Assembly (NCBI GenBank): GCA_048938445.1
Contig: JBHLME010000048.1
Location: 1 to 31,056 of the forward strand
From: Promethearchaeota archaeon
GTDB taxonomy: Archaea > Asgardarchaeota > Lokiarchaeia > Sigyniarchaeales > SOKP01
Length of the DNA stretch: 31,056 nucleotides
Reading direction: 5' to 3'
In this document: positions 18,118 through 27,513 of the stretch, one piece after another
Layout of the letters: every line of letters begins with the position of its first letter
How positions within the stretch are numbered: position 1 is the first letter of the stretch
Translations under genes and position numbers: made by a program
Notes under the pieces: generated by a model
The model's database searches: none
What the model saw: only the letters and a program-made list of their open reading frames with translations
What the model was told of the DNA's origin: nothing

Positions 18118-20553
18118 ATGAGTTCAGATAAGATCACGGAAGTTATATTGAAGGAAGAAATGGAGAGTAGTTATATCGATTACGCAATGTCTGTCGTGAT
18201 TGGAAGGGCAATTCCTGATGTAAGAGATGGTCTTAAACCAGTGCATAGAAAAATTATCTATGCGATGGCTGATAATAACTACTTATATAATCGACCACAC
18301 GTTAAATGTGCTAGAACCGTTGGAGAGGTATTAGGAAAATATCATCCTCATGGAGACATGGCCGTTTATAATGCACTTGTTAGAATGGGTCAATATTTTT
18401 CTTTAAGATATCCACTAATCGATCCTCAAGGTAATTTTGGCTCGATTGATGGAGACCCTCCCGCAGCAATGCGTTACACTGAAGCACGACTAGCTCAAAT
18501 CACTAATGAAATAATAGAAGATCTTGATAAAGAAACCGTTGAATTTCAACCCAATTTCGATGATAGCTTGCAAGAACCGAAAGTATTGCCTTCAAAACTA
18601 CCAAACATGTTAATAAATGGAACAAAAGGAATTGCCGTAGGGATGGCTACTTCAATGCCTCCTCACAATCTCACTGAAGTTTGTGAAGGTATCATTGCTT
18701 CTATTGACAATCCGGATATCTCATTAGAAGAACTCATGGATATCATTAAAGGTCCTGATTTTCCAACAGGTGGTATTATTACCAACACTGATGGAATTTA
18801 TAATGCTTATTCCACGGGATTAGGAAATATTCCTGTTTATGGAAAAGCCGAGATCGAACAAAAAGGGAAAAACTATAGTCTAATCATAACAGAAATTCCA
18901 TATTTAGTTAATAAAACAGCTTTATTAGAATCAATTGCAAATTTAATTAAAGATGGTGTTTTAAAAGATGTACGAGATCTAAGGGATGAATCTGATCGAA
19001 AGGGAATGCGTATAGTTTTAGATTTAAAAAAAGATGCTCAACCATCTATAATCAAAAACGTCTTGTTTAAAAGAACAAGACTTCTTACAAAATTTAATGT
19101 AATTAATTTAGTATTAATAAACGATGGAAAACAACCAAAAATCCTAACTTTAAAGGAATTAATTCAGGAGTATATTAACCATCGTCTAATCATCATAGTC
19201 AAAAGAACTGAATTTGACCTTGAAAAAGCTCAAAATAGGCTCCATATTGTTGATGGATTGTTAATTGCTCTAAATGATATTGATAATGTGATAACGATAA
19301 TCAAGAGTGCCAAAGATACCGAAGAAGCAAAAGATAAGTTAATAGATGCGTATAAATTAAGTGAAATTCAAGTTAAAGCAATTTTAAGCATGCCACTTTC
19401 TCGCTTGACAAATTTGGAGCAACAAAAGCTTGTCGATGAACAGTCAGCATTAAAGGATAAGATAAAAGAACTTAAAAATATCTTAGAAAATAAAAGCGTT
19501 CGTTTAACAATTATTAAAGACGAATTAAAAGAATTAATAAAAAAGTATGGTGATACACGTAAAACAGAAATAGTTGAAAACAAAAAATTAGAAAATGACA
19601 TAGAAAAGAAAGATCTCGTAAAAAAGGAACCAACAATCGTTATATTAACAAAAAATCATTATATTAAAAGAATGCTCCCAAAACAATATCGAGCACAGGC
19701 ACGTGGTGGTCGAGGAATAAAAGGAATGACTGTTAGAGATGAAGATTTCATCCAAGATCTATTTGTTGCATCAACGCACGATACTATTCTATTTTTTACT
19801 AATAAAGGGAGAGTCTATACGAAAAAATGTTTTGAAATTCCCCTCCAACAACGCACTGCCAAGGGTAAACCAATTGTCAATTTATTGTCATTAAAAGCAA
19901 ATGAAGATATCTCAGAAATGATTCCAATTCATAGCTTTGCTTCAAATGAAATGCTCATAATGGTAACAAAAAATGGCATAGTGAAAAAGACACCATTAAC
20001 CTTATTTTCAAAAGTTTTAAAAACAGGAATAAGAGCTCAAAAGATCCGGGAAGATGATGGTTTAGTGAGTGTAAAAAAACTCTCAAATGAATTACAAGAT
20101 ATTTTTCTGGCTACAAAACAAGGATATGCAATACGATTTGATGAAACAGAGTTAAGAGAATTAGGAAGAAATACTATGGGTGTAAAAGGTGCAGATCTAA
20201 GAAAAGGTGATGAAGTAATAGGTTGCCTCTTAGTAACTGATGAAGAAGAAATTGTCACTCTCACGAGTAATGGTAAAGGACAAAGAACAAAAATCGAAGA
20301 ATATAGAAAAACAGGTAGAGGTGCGAAAGGAGTAATAAACATGACCTTAGAAGATGATGATGAAGTCATAGCATTAAAATTAGCAGAAGATAAAGATATT
20401 TTAATCGGAACCGAGCAAGGACAAGTTATAAGAACTCCTACTGATGATATTAGGCTAACCCATAGAAAATCGAAGGGTGTGCGAGTTATCAAGTTATATG
20501 AAGGTGATTCCGTAGTAGCAATTGGAGCATGTGCTAAATCTGTTGAAGAATAA
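18118..20553 (+). CDS. gyrA: DNA gyrase subunit A
   Basis: 'PDVRDGLKPVHR', 'GKYHPHGD', catalytic Tyr in 'AAMRYTEA' (Y120), GyrA-box 'QARGGRG', and C-terminal beta-pinwheel repeats. Confidence 0.97.
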   Translation: MSSDKITEVILKEEMESSYIDYAMSVVIGRAIPDVRDGLKPVHRKIIYAMADNNYLYNRPHVKCARTVGEVLGKYHPHGDMAVYNALVRMGQYFSLRYPLIDPQGNFGSIDGDPPAAMRYTEARLAQITNEIIEDLDKETVEFQPNFDDSLQEPKVLPSKLPNMLINGTKGIAVGMATSMPPHNLTEVCEGIIASIDNPDISLEELMDIIKGPDFPTGGIITNTDGIYNAYSTGLGNIPVYGKAEIEQKGKNYSLIITEIPYLVNKTALLESIANLIKDGVLKDVRDLRDESDRKGMRIVLDLKKDAQPSIIKNVLFKRTRLLTKFNVINLVLINDGKQPKILTLKELIQEYINHRLIIIVKRTEFDLEKAQNRLHIVDGLLIALNDIDNVITIIKSAKDTEEAKDKLIDAYKLSEIQVKAILSMPLSRLTNLEQQKLVDEQSALKDKIKELKNILENKSVRLTIIKDELKELIKKYGDTRKTEIVENKKLENDIEKKDLVKKEPTIVILTKNHYIKRMLPKQYRAQARGGRGIKGMTVRDEDFIQDLFVASTHDTILFFTNKGRVYTKKCFEIPLQQRTAKGKPIVNLLSLKANEDISEMIPIHSFASNEMLIMVTKNGIVKKTPLTLFSKVLKTGIRAQKIREDDGLVSVKKLSNELQDIFLATKQGYAIRFDETELRELGRNTMGVKGADLRKGDEVIGCLLVTDEEEIVTLTSNGKGQRTKIEEYRKTGRGAKGVINMTLEDDDEVIALKLAEDKDILIGTEQGQVIRTPTDDIRLTHRKSKGVRVIKLYEGDSVVAIGACAKSVEE

Positions 20554-20582
20554 ATAAAAAAATAATAAGGAAATGAATCCTA

Positions 20583-21113
20583 ATGATCAAGACAAACAAG
20601 AAAGAATTATTGATAGGCCTTATATCTGATACTCATGTACCCTCAAGAACATCAAAAATTCCAGAGGTGATAATAAATGATTTTAAACAAAGAAACGTGG
20701 ATTATGTATTTCATTTAGGAGATTTTACAAGCATTGATGCATACAATCAATTGATAGATCTGTTTGGAAAGGAAAGAGTTATAGGAATATCAGGTAACAT
20801 GGATGAAAGAGAAATAAAAAAGTCCTTACCGGAAACTATGGATCTAGACCTCTATGGACATAAAATATTTTTAACACATGGAATAGGTGGTCCAAATATC
20901 GTGATTAAAAGGCTTAATAGATACTATGATCTTTCAAAGTATGATATCATAATATTTGGACACGTGCATCGACCTTATAACGAAATATGGAAAGATGGCA
21001 AACTATATCTAAATCCAGGAACTCCATCTGACAAAAGATTTACGGATATAAATTCTTACGGATACTTGAGAATTTCAAAAGAAAAGGTGGAACCAGAAAT
21101 AATTGAATTATAA
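20583..21113 (+). CDS. Calcineurin-like metallophosphoesterase (YfcE/MJ0936/Vps29 family)
   Basis: 'ISDTH', 'HLGD', 'GNMD', 'THG', 'FGHVH', 'NPGT'. Confidence 0.9.
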   Translation: MIKTNKKELLIGLISDTHVPSRTSKIPEVIINDFKQRNVDYVFHLGDFTSIDAYNQLIDLFGKERVIGISGNMDEREIKKSLPETMDLDLYGHKIFLTHGIGGPNIVIKRLNRYYDLSKYDIIIFGHVHRPYNEIWKDGKLYLNPGTPSDKRFTDINSYGYLRISKEKVEPEIIEL

Positions 21114-21743
21114 TTTTTTTTGGATCAATCTTAAATCTTTTCCACATTGTCTACAAAAATCGATTCCTTTTTTATATTTTATACCACACTTAGGACAAAA
21201 GACCACATTGATGTCATGTTCATATTCATAAATATCCCTCTCTACTTTTTTTATGATTTCTTCTTTAATTTGCTCATCCTCAATGCTAAGATCTCCATCT
21301 TGCGTTAATTTAATGTATTGACTGATTCTATTAGGATCGTTAAACACAATTCGATGTAAAATTATATATATTATTGGCAATAAAATCCCGAGTATTATGA
21401 ATATAATGAAGAAAATATAGATGGGATCAAATCCATAATTATATCTTGCAGAAGTTAGAAAATAGTATATTACTCCAAAAACAAGCGCCCACATGATAAA
21501 AGAACCTATTATCAAAAAACGCCTTGACGATTCATAAAATGATTCATACTTTTGATATTTTTTGAATTGTAAACCACAAGTATCACAAACAGGAAAGCTT
21601 ATTCCTACGGTTCTGGTCGTAGTAGTGCTACTAAATCCTCCTCTAACTTTAGATTTATAATAGTCATATTTTAATATCTCTACTCCTGATTCTTCACTTT
21701 TTTTACATTTTATACATATTTTTGGCATTTCATTAAAATCCAT
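21108..21743 (-). CDS. Two-TM membrane protein with N- and C-terminal zinc-ribbon motifs
   Basis: CIKC...CDTC, two hydrophobic helices, then CPKCG...FCRQCG. Confidence 0.7.
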   Translation of the reverse strand: MDFNEMPKICIKCKKSEESGVEILKYDYYKSKVRGGFSSTTTTRTVGISFPVCDTCGLQFKKYQKYESFYESSRRFLIIGSFIMWALVFGVIYYFLTSARYNYGFDPIYIFFIIFIILGILLPIIYIILHRIVFNDPNRISQYIKLTQDGDLSIEDEQIKEEIIKKVERDIYEYEHDINVVFCPKCGIKYKKGIDFCRQCGKDLRLIQKKL

Positions 21744-21803
21744 TAAATTTCATCTTTTAGAATTTTTGATATAAACATAATAATAAAAAAAATGTTTAAA
21801 AAT

Positions 21804-22334
21804 TTATTCTCCATATTTTTCTCGTATTTTATCTGCTTTAATTTTCGCTTTTTCCAATGCGGCTGATTTTTTTCTAATAAATTCAAGCAACTCTCTTTTC
21901 TCCTTATCCTTTACGGAGGGATCATTTTCAATCTCAGCATGCTTCCTTTTTACGTAATCTAAAGCAAGGGAGAATACAAATTCTGGAAATAATTCGGCCC
22001 TTTTTTTGAAATCATCTTTATTCTCGGCTCCTTCTATTCTCAGTAATTCGAATTTATCCACACCTAATTTACCCCATAAAAAAAGTAATTTAGACTTTAC
22101 CGTTCTAAGTATAGACCAGTCGTGGTATTTTGATTGAATTGGATCCTTTTTCTTTTTTCCGGGACATGTCCAAGCAAATCCATTTGGAGTTAATAATACA
22201 TGGGAGTTATATGTTATTGTTTTATCATAATATGAATCTGTAGCTTTCATGTATGAACTATAAACAATATCCTCCCCGGGGGGAATTGCCTCCCTTACAT
22301 TCGAAGCATCAATAGGTACATATATATGCGACAT
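21804..22334 (-). CDS. Uncharacterised protein, local paralogue family, possibly PH-like fold (copy A)
   Basis: 'IYVPIDASNVREAIPPGEDIVYS', 'SHVLLTPNGFAW', 'ENKDDFKKR', shared with 24087..24641 and 26105..26527. Confidence 0.7.
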   Translation of the reverse strand: MSHIYVPIDASNVREAIPPGEDIVYSSYMKATDSYYDKTITYNSHVLLTPNGFAWTCPGKKKKDPIQSKYHDWSILRTVKSKLLFLWGKLGVDKFELLRIEGAENKDDFKKRAELFPEFVFSLALDYVKRKHAEIENDPSVKDKEKRELLEFIRKKSAALEKAKIKADKIREKYGE

Positions 22335-22541
22335 TTTTGTTAAAACCTTTTTTTTTATCTTTATTAGAGTTAATTACTATCTATTCTATTTAAGTATAAT
22401 TGTTAAAGATCAATTCTATAAAAAATGTCTGTATAAAATGATTTGAAAAAAAATCTATAATTTTTTTATTATTATTGGACCTTTTTCTTTAAATAAAACA
22501 CTTTTTCAGGAAAAAAATATCATATTATCACTTTCAATTAT

Positions 22542-23999
22542 TTAATAATAATATTTCCATTCTCGAGTTTTAATATGTCTCCAAAATTTTTTAAAAAAAA
22601 CTCTCTCTTCATCATTTTCATTCAAGAATTTCTTTAAATTTATCCAATGTTGTTCGTTGCCGTGATTAATTATTGCGAATAAGCATAATTTCTTTAAATT
22701 CTCATTTTTTAGATTTTTAAAGTTTATCAAACAAGAATCGATTAAATCTTTTCTTTCCAAATCAAGGAGCACTTTTAAGGCAAATTCTTTCTTAAAACTT
22801 AATTTTTCATCGTTATTGAATGAGTCCAAGATTTTTATAAATTCCTTCTTAAAATCAAGCCATTCGTCAAACTTATTTGGATTATTATTTAGAAATTCAC
22901 GTATGAAATTAAGGTTCCACTCATTACCCTCAGAAAAGTAATTTATCATCATTTTCTCGCTTAAGAGACCCGCATTTTGCATTTCATCTATTAAATTACT
23001 ATCAACCAAGCTATATCTCTCTAAATTGTCTAATATTAGCTCTTTCCAATTTTTTATCTCATTCCTCAACATTAAAATTGAAACGAGAAGTTCTCTGATT
23101 AAATTGGGATTATTGGTTGTTTTTAACTTTTGTAATAGGATTTCCTTGAACTTTTTATTAGTTTTATATTTAATGGCAATGAATTTTAAACCTGGAAATG
23201 GATATTTAAGGGAATTAAAGAAATCTAATGTCTCCTTTTCAAGGTTAAGATCTATGACTGCTGCGACTTTAAAAATATTTTCTTGAAGCTTTTTTTTCTG
23301 ATTGGCTATTAGTGCTCTCTTAGCTTCATCTCTTTCAGTAGATTCTAATTTATCATCTTTGATATTCTTTAAAAAATTCTTAAATATTTCTATTATCCCT
23401 TCCTTATCCTTTAGAACCTGTTTATTTCCTAAATTTTCATAGGCATTTACGATATTAATCCTTATGCTAAAATCATGATCTGGAATGTTCTTGGTTCGTT
23501 TCAAGAGAAGTGGTTCTACACTCGGATCATTAGAGTGAGAAATAACATTTTCTAATAATTCACCGACAACAGAATCAGTTACGCCCTCAAATGAATTGCA
23601 ATACTCAAAAGCAGGTTCAAACACAATAGAATGGTCTAAATCTGATATCCTTCTTATATGGTGATCTCGCAAGGAGGTCTGAATCTCACACGAACCACCA
23701 AAATAAGAGATCTCTCTATTGTCATTCAATAAATCTTTAATTATTTTTTGAATTGATGATTTTAAATTATCTGGTTCAAGAGACTTCTCTTGTAATATTT
23801 GACTGATTCCTAAGAAACTCCATGCTCTAAAAATGGGTTCATTTGTATCAAAAAGCTCAATTAAAAAAGATAAATCTTTTCTATTGATGATGGGCTTAAA
23901 AACTTTATCATAAACTGAATTAAGCTCGTCTTTGGGACTTATGGCGTCTATTGTATAACCTTTCCTCAATTGTATTAAGATCTTTTCCTTATATGACAT
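22542..23999 (-). CDS. Uncharacterised, predicted all-alpha protein, possibly HEAT/ARM-like solenoid
   Basis: 485-aa ORF of amphipathic helices, e.g. 'LIELFDTNEPIFRAWSFLGI' and 'LKTTNNPNLIRELLVSIL'. No catalytic motif recognised. Confidence 0.55.
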   Translation of the reverse strand: MSYKEKILIQLRKGYTIDAISPKDELNSVYDKVFKPIINRKDLSFLIELFDTNEPIFRAWSFLGISQILQEKSLEPDNLKSSIQKIIKDLLNDNREISYFGGSCEIQTSLRDHHIRRISDLDHSIVFEPAFEYCNSFEGVTDSVVGELLENVISHSNDPSVEPLLLKRTKNIPDHDFSIRINIVNAYENLGNKQVLKDKEGIIEIFKNFLKNIKDDKLESTERDEAKRALIANQKKKLQENIFKVAAVIDLNLEKETLDFFNSLKYPFPGLKFIAIKYKTNKKFKEILLQKLKTTNNPNLIRELLVSILMLRNEIKNWKELILDNLERYSLVDSNLIDEMQNAGLLSEKMMINYFSEGNEWNLNFIREFLNNNPNKFDEWLDFKKEFIKILDSFNNDEKLSFKKEFALKVLLDLERKDLIDSCLINFKNLKNENLKKLCLFAIINHGNEQHWINLKKFLNENDEERVFFKKFWRHIKTREWKYYY

Positions 24000-24086
24000 G
24001 TATATAGAACTTTAGAAGATTTTCATATATTAACTTTTAGCATTTAAAATCTATAGAAAAAAGTAAAGAAAAAAATTAATTAATAC

Positions 24087-24641
24087 TTAGCTTTTCTTCT
24101 GTTTTTTTGATCTTTTTTTTTCTTTTTTTATTAAATCGATAAAATCCTTTTGACACTGATTAAAGGCTTTTTGACTTACTTCAGGATCGTTATATGCTTT
24201 TTCAAGCCATTGTTGCTTCTTTTCAATTAATATGGGTCTAAAAATGTCTAAAAATTCTCCTAGACGTTCTTTAAATTCTTCTTTTGTTTCAATATTCTCA
24301 TTTCTAGCCAATGCTACTGAAAGATTTGATAATTTTCTTTTATAAACAAAAATTGCTGGTCCAAATTTCCCATAATTTATAATCGTTTGAATTTCATGCC
24401 AATAATAATATCTATTAACTAGTCCACTATCTGATCGTACCTTAAATGCTATTCCGTTTGGAGTAATCAAAAGTTGTGTTGACCATCGAGCTTCTCTATT
24501 TCCTAAATATTCATAACCTAAAGCTAACGTGCTATAAATAATATCTTCTCCTATAGGAATTACATCCTTAACATCGCTGGCATTAATAGGTAAGTAAATG
24601 TTTGACATAAACATCATATTTTTTTGGTTAGTGTTCATCAA
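24087..24641 (-). CDS. Uncharacterised protein, local paralogue family, possibly PH-like fold (copy B)
   Basis: 'IYLPINASDVKDVIPIGEDIIYS', 'TQLLITPNGIAF', 'YYYWHEIQ', 'ETKEEFKERL'. The true start may be a later Met (MSNIY). Confidence 0.7.
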   Translation of the reverse strand: MMNTNQKNMMFMSNIYLPINASDVKDVIPIGEDIIYSTLALGYEYLGNREARWSTQLLITPNGIAFKVRSDSGLVNRYYYWHEIQTIINYGKFGPAIFVYKRKLSNLSVALARNENIETKEEFKERLGEFLDIFRPILIEKKQQWLEKAYNDPEVSQKAFNQCQKDFIDLIKKEKKRSKKQKKS

Positions 24642-24764
24642 TAATATTTATTAGTATTTAAATGATATTAGTAAAGAGAATATTAACCTTTCTTAAATGT
24701 GATTAATACTTTTAAGAAATCAAAAAAAAAAAAGGGTGTAAGCAACATAATATTGTTCAATAAA

Positions 24765-25799
24765 TTACATTAAACTCATATATGCGAATTCTTCAGAATC
24801 TTCTTCTTCAAATTGGCAATTTGGACACATTTTCTTACGTGGTTTGGACTTACCGCAGCTAGGGCATGTGTCTGAATAGAAAGGACTTGTGAACACTTCA
24901 CCCGTAAGCCCTTCCATGTTAATAACTGCACCATTCACCTCTACTTGATTGAGAACATCTTTTCCCTCCTTGAGTTGTGAAAGTTTCTTGAAGAGTTCTT
25001 GCGTGATTTTCCCTGAATTTTGGTATGGTCCCTTTCCTTTTTCGTCCCAGTCTATATTCGCTTCTAAAGACTCTAGAATTCCATCCTTTCTAATGTTAAA
25101 ATTATGTGGAGATCTATGTATTTCAACTCCTTTGATTTCTCCCTCTTGGTTAATAACAACTACTCCGATGGTATTTTTAGGAAAACTTAAGTTTTTACTT
25201 CTTTTTTTTGCCCTTTCTTTACGTTTTTCAACGCTCTTCATGTATTGAGTTTCAGTCGGAAGATCCTCCATTGCATTTTCCTGAGCAACCGTTTCCCAAA
25301 CGTGTCCTTGATCTATTGAAAAAGTTGGAATGTATTGAGCCGCATGCTTGAATTTCAAGTTTCTTAACTCATTTAACATTTTACGACTAGCCTTACCTCC
25401 ATATGCAAAGCCCGCACCTGCAGATAAATAATGAGGCGCATGAACGCATTTTACCGGAATTTCTATTTGAGTATCTGGTTCAACCATTATCGTTGAGATG
25501 CAGATTCTATCTTGAGTACCTTGACCATGGAAAATCTCCCCTTCCTCGATTAGAATTGGTAAATCTCCCATATTCTTGAATATAATGTGTGCTACTTCAG
25601 TTCCTTTTTCAATAATCTCACATGAATTTTCTTCAAGAGCCTCTGAAAGCGTCAAATAACTGCGTTCCTCCCTTGGAATCCTCTGCTTTATGATCGGTAC
25701 AAAGGAAATCTCATTTAAAACGATTGGATTGGCAATTTCAATACCATCCAATGCTATTACTTGAGAAGAAAACTCTTTTATTTTTTTTATGTTTGTCAT
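24765..25799 (-). CDS. ARPP-1/DUF6569-like protein with C-terminal zinc ribbon
   Basis: 'YLTLSEAL', 'PILIEEGEIFHGQGTQDRI', 'EIPVKCV', 'DQGHVWETV', 'IGVVVI', plus CPSC...CPNC. Confidence 0.7.
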   Translation of the reverse strand: MTNIKKIKEFSSQVIALDGIEIANPIVLNEISFVPIIKQRIPREERSYLTLSEALEENSCEIIEKGTEVAHIIFKNMGDLPILIEEGEIFHGQGTQDRICISTIMVEPDTQIEIPVKCVHAPHYLSAGAGFAYGGKASRKMLNELRNLKFKHAAQYIPTFSIDQGHVWETVAQENAMEDLPTETQYMKSVEKRKERAKKRSKNLSFPKNTIGVVVINQEGEIKGVEIHRSPHNFNIRKDGILESLEANIDWDEKGKGPYQNSGKITQELFKKLSQLKEGKDVLNQVEVNGAVINMEGLTGEVFTSPFYSDTCPSCGKSKPRKKMCPNCQFEEEDSEEFAYMSLM

Positions 25800-25931
25800 T
25801 ATACTTTATACCTCTTATTGAATTTAGAATTAATTTAAAAAAATACTTTTTTGATTAGATTTCTGTTAAAATAACGATTATTAACCACATAGAAATTCAC
25901 CTATATTAATGTATCTAGTTTTTGGCGAAAT

Positions 25932-25947
25932 TCCCATTTTAATGGGA
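25932..25947. promoter_or_regulatory. Inverted repeat TCCCATT-TT-AATGGGA
   Basis: Perfect 7-bp arms about 130 bp upstream of the ARPP-1-like gene. Confidence 0.45.
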
Positions 25948-26104
25948 CACTCTAGTGAAAATAATCGTTGAAAAAATCAATTTATAATGATAATCTCTTA
26001 CTTAATTAGTATTTTTTTTAAAAAAGAAATAAAAATTATATTTGTTTTTTTCTTTCGAACTTAGTGCTATATCATGTTTTAATTATTAGATTCAATTTAT
26101 ACTC

Positions 26105-26527
26105 CTAATCTACATATGGCTTAAATTTTGGAACAAATTCCTTCAAGCGTTTTTTAAATTGTTCTTTTGTTTCAAATCGCTCATCCCGAGTTATAGTATA
26201 TCCAAAATGTTTATCAATCATGAAACCTGCAAGCTTGCCTAATTTTTTTACTTTCTGAATTTCATCCCAATAAACATACTTGTTTTTTAATGGACTCTTT
26301 CTACTATAATAGTCAGGTTCTTGAAATGCAACGTAATTTTCAGTAATTAATACGTGTGAGAGCCATCTGTATTCCGTGCCACCAATATAATTATATCCTT
26401 TACAAAATGTACTATAAATAATATCTTCGCCCTCGGGGATTATTTCTCTCAAGTTAGAGACGTCTAAGGGAACATATATCTCAACTATATCTCTCACCTT
26501 TTTTAATTTATTTTGGCTAGTGTTCAA
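26105..26527 (-). CDS. Uncharacterised protein, local paralogue family, possibly PH-like fold (copy C, lacks the C-terminal helix)
   Basis: TTG start; 'IYVPLDVSNLREIIPEGEDIIYS', 'SHVLITENYVAF', 'YVYWDEIQ', 'ETKEQFKKRL'. Confidence 0.68.
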   Translation of the reverse strand: MNTSQNKLKKVRDIVEIYVPLDVSNLREIIPEGEDIIYSTFCKGYNYIGGTEYRWLSHVLITENYVAFQEPDYYSRKSPLKNKYVYWDEIQKVKKLGKLAGFMIDKHFGYTITRDERFETKEQFKKRLKEFVPKFKPYVD

Positions 26528-26651
26528 TTATAATCTATGTTAATTTATAAAGGATATTAATTAAGTGTCAGATATTTGTTCTCAAATGAGCAAAATAATT
26601 ATAATGTGAAATTTAAATGTTTTAATAATGAAAAAGAGAATAAAAAATAAA

Positions 26652-27266
26652 TTACGCACTTTCCACGGATTTTCCGGAAAGTTTTTTATAATGATTTAAA
26701 ACTGCTTGACGAGCAGCATATACAAATGCCCTCTTTACATTGATACCGGTAATCGCGATGGTCTCATAAATTAGGCAATGATTCAGTTTGGCAGTGTCAA
26801 GTACTTCTCGGAGTTTTGAGACTTCTACAATGTCATCTAAATCTCGCTTATTGGCCAAAACCACTAATGGTACTTCTGGAGGATCTGCAAAACTAGGAGG
26901 TATGAGTTTTCCGCCGTAAAACTTTAAGAGTTCCTTGAGAGACCAGATATTTTCTCCCCATTGGTCGATTAGAGAGTCCCACGTAAATATTACCGCATCT
27001 GTTCCTTTTAATACAGTCTGACGCTGAAATTTATGCCTGCGCTGACCTGCTACGGTATATACTTGAAAAACAACATTAGAAACCCTTGCAACTACTCGAT
27101 CAAAAAACAACGTTCGTCCAGTAGGGTCTTGAATTTGTTGCATGTCTCCGCTGGCTAATCCTTCCCGATTATATACCCATTCCAATGCTGTAGTCTTCCC
27201 ACCTAATGAGGGCCCATAAAAACATATCTTGAATACTAATGTTCCGTCTCCACGTCTGGATGGCAT
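26652..27266 (-). CDS. MglA-like small GTPase
   Basis: G1 'KICFYGPSLGGKTT', MglA-type switch I 'GRTLFFD', G3 'YTVAGQ' (MglA has YTVPGQ), G4 'NKRD', G5 'ETIA'. Confidence 0.88.
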   Translation of the reverse strand: MPSRRGDGTLVFKICFYGPSLGGKTTALEWVYNREGLASGDMQQIQDPTGRTLFFDRVVARVSNVVFQVYTVAGQRRHKFQRQTVLKGTDAVIFTWDSLIDQWGENIWSLKELLKFYGGKLIPPSFADPPEVPLVVLANKRDLDDIVEVSKLREVLDTAKLNHCLIYETIAITGINVKRAFVYAARQAVLNHYKKLSGKSVESA

Positions 27267-27513
27267 TTTTTTTTAAACCTTAATTTTTTCAAATTTTTAT
27301 ATATTAATCCAATATAAACACGATAATATAAAAATATGTAATTCCAAAATTTTTATAATATTATATAATGGGAATTACTTGATTTATTTAAATATGAGTG
27401 ATATTAATAAAAATATGTCCCATAATAACACACAATAATATTTAAGATTAAAAAAAATAAGAGAGATCTAAACACCTAAAAATTTGGATCAATAATTTTT
27501 TATAAAATTAACT

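Noticed and set aside
21108-21113. Convergent 6-nt overlap of the phosphoesterase and zinc-ribbon genes
   Set aside because: Overlapping stop regions (TTATAA) are common in compact AT-rich genomes and need no special explanation.
24722-24733. Long A/T homopolymer runs here and in other spacers as phase-variation tracts
   Set aside because: They are intergenic and mostly downstream of stop codons, consistent with archaeal oligo-T terminators or base composition.
26574-26606. Imperfect inverted repeat around CTCA-AA-TGAG between the MglA-like gene and PH-like copy C
   Set aside because: It is short, needs a bulge, and sits in very AT-rich DNA, so it is not distinguishable from chance.
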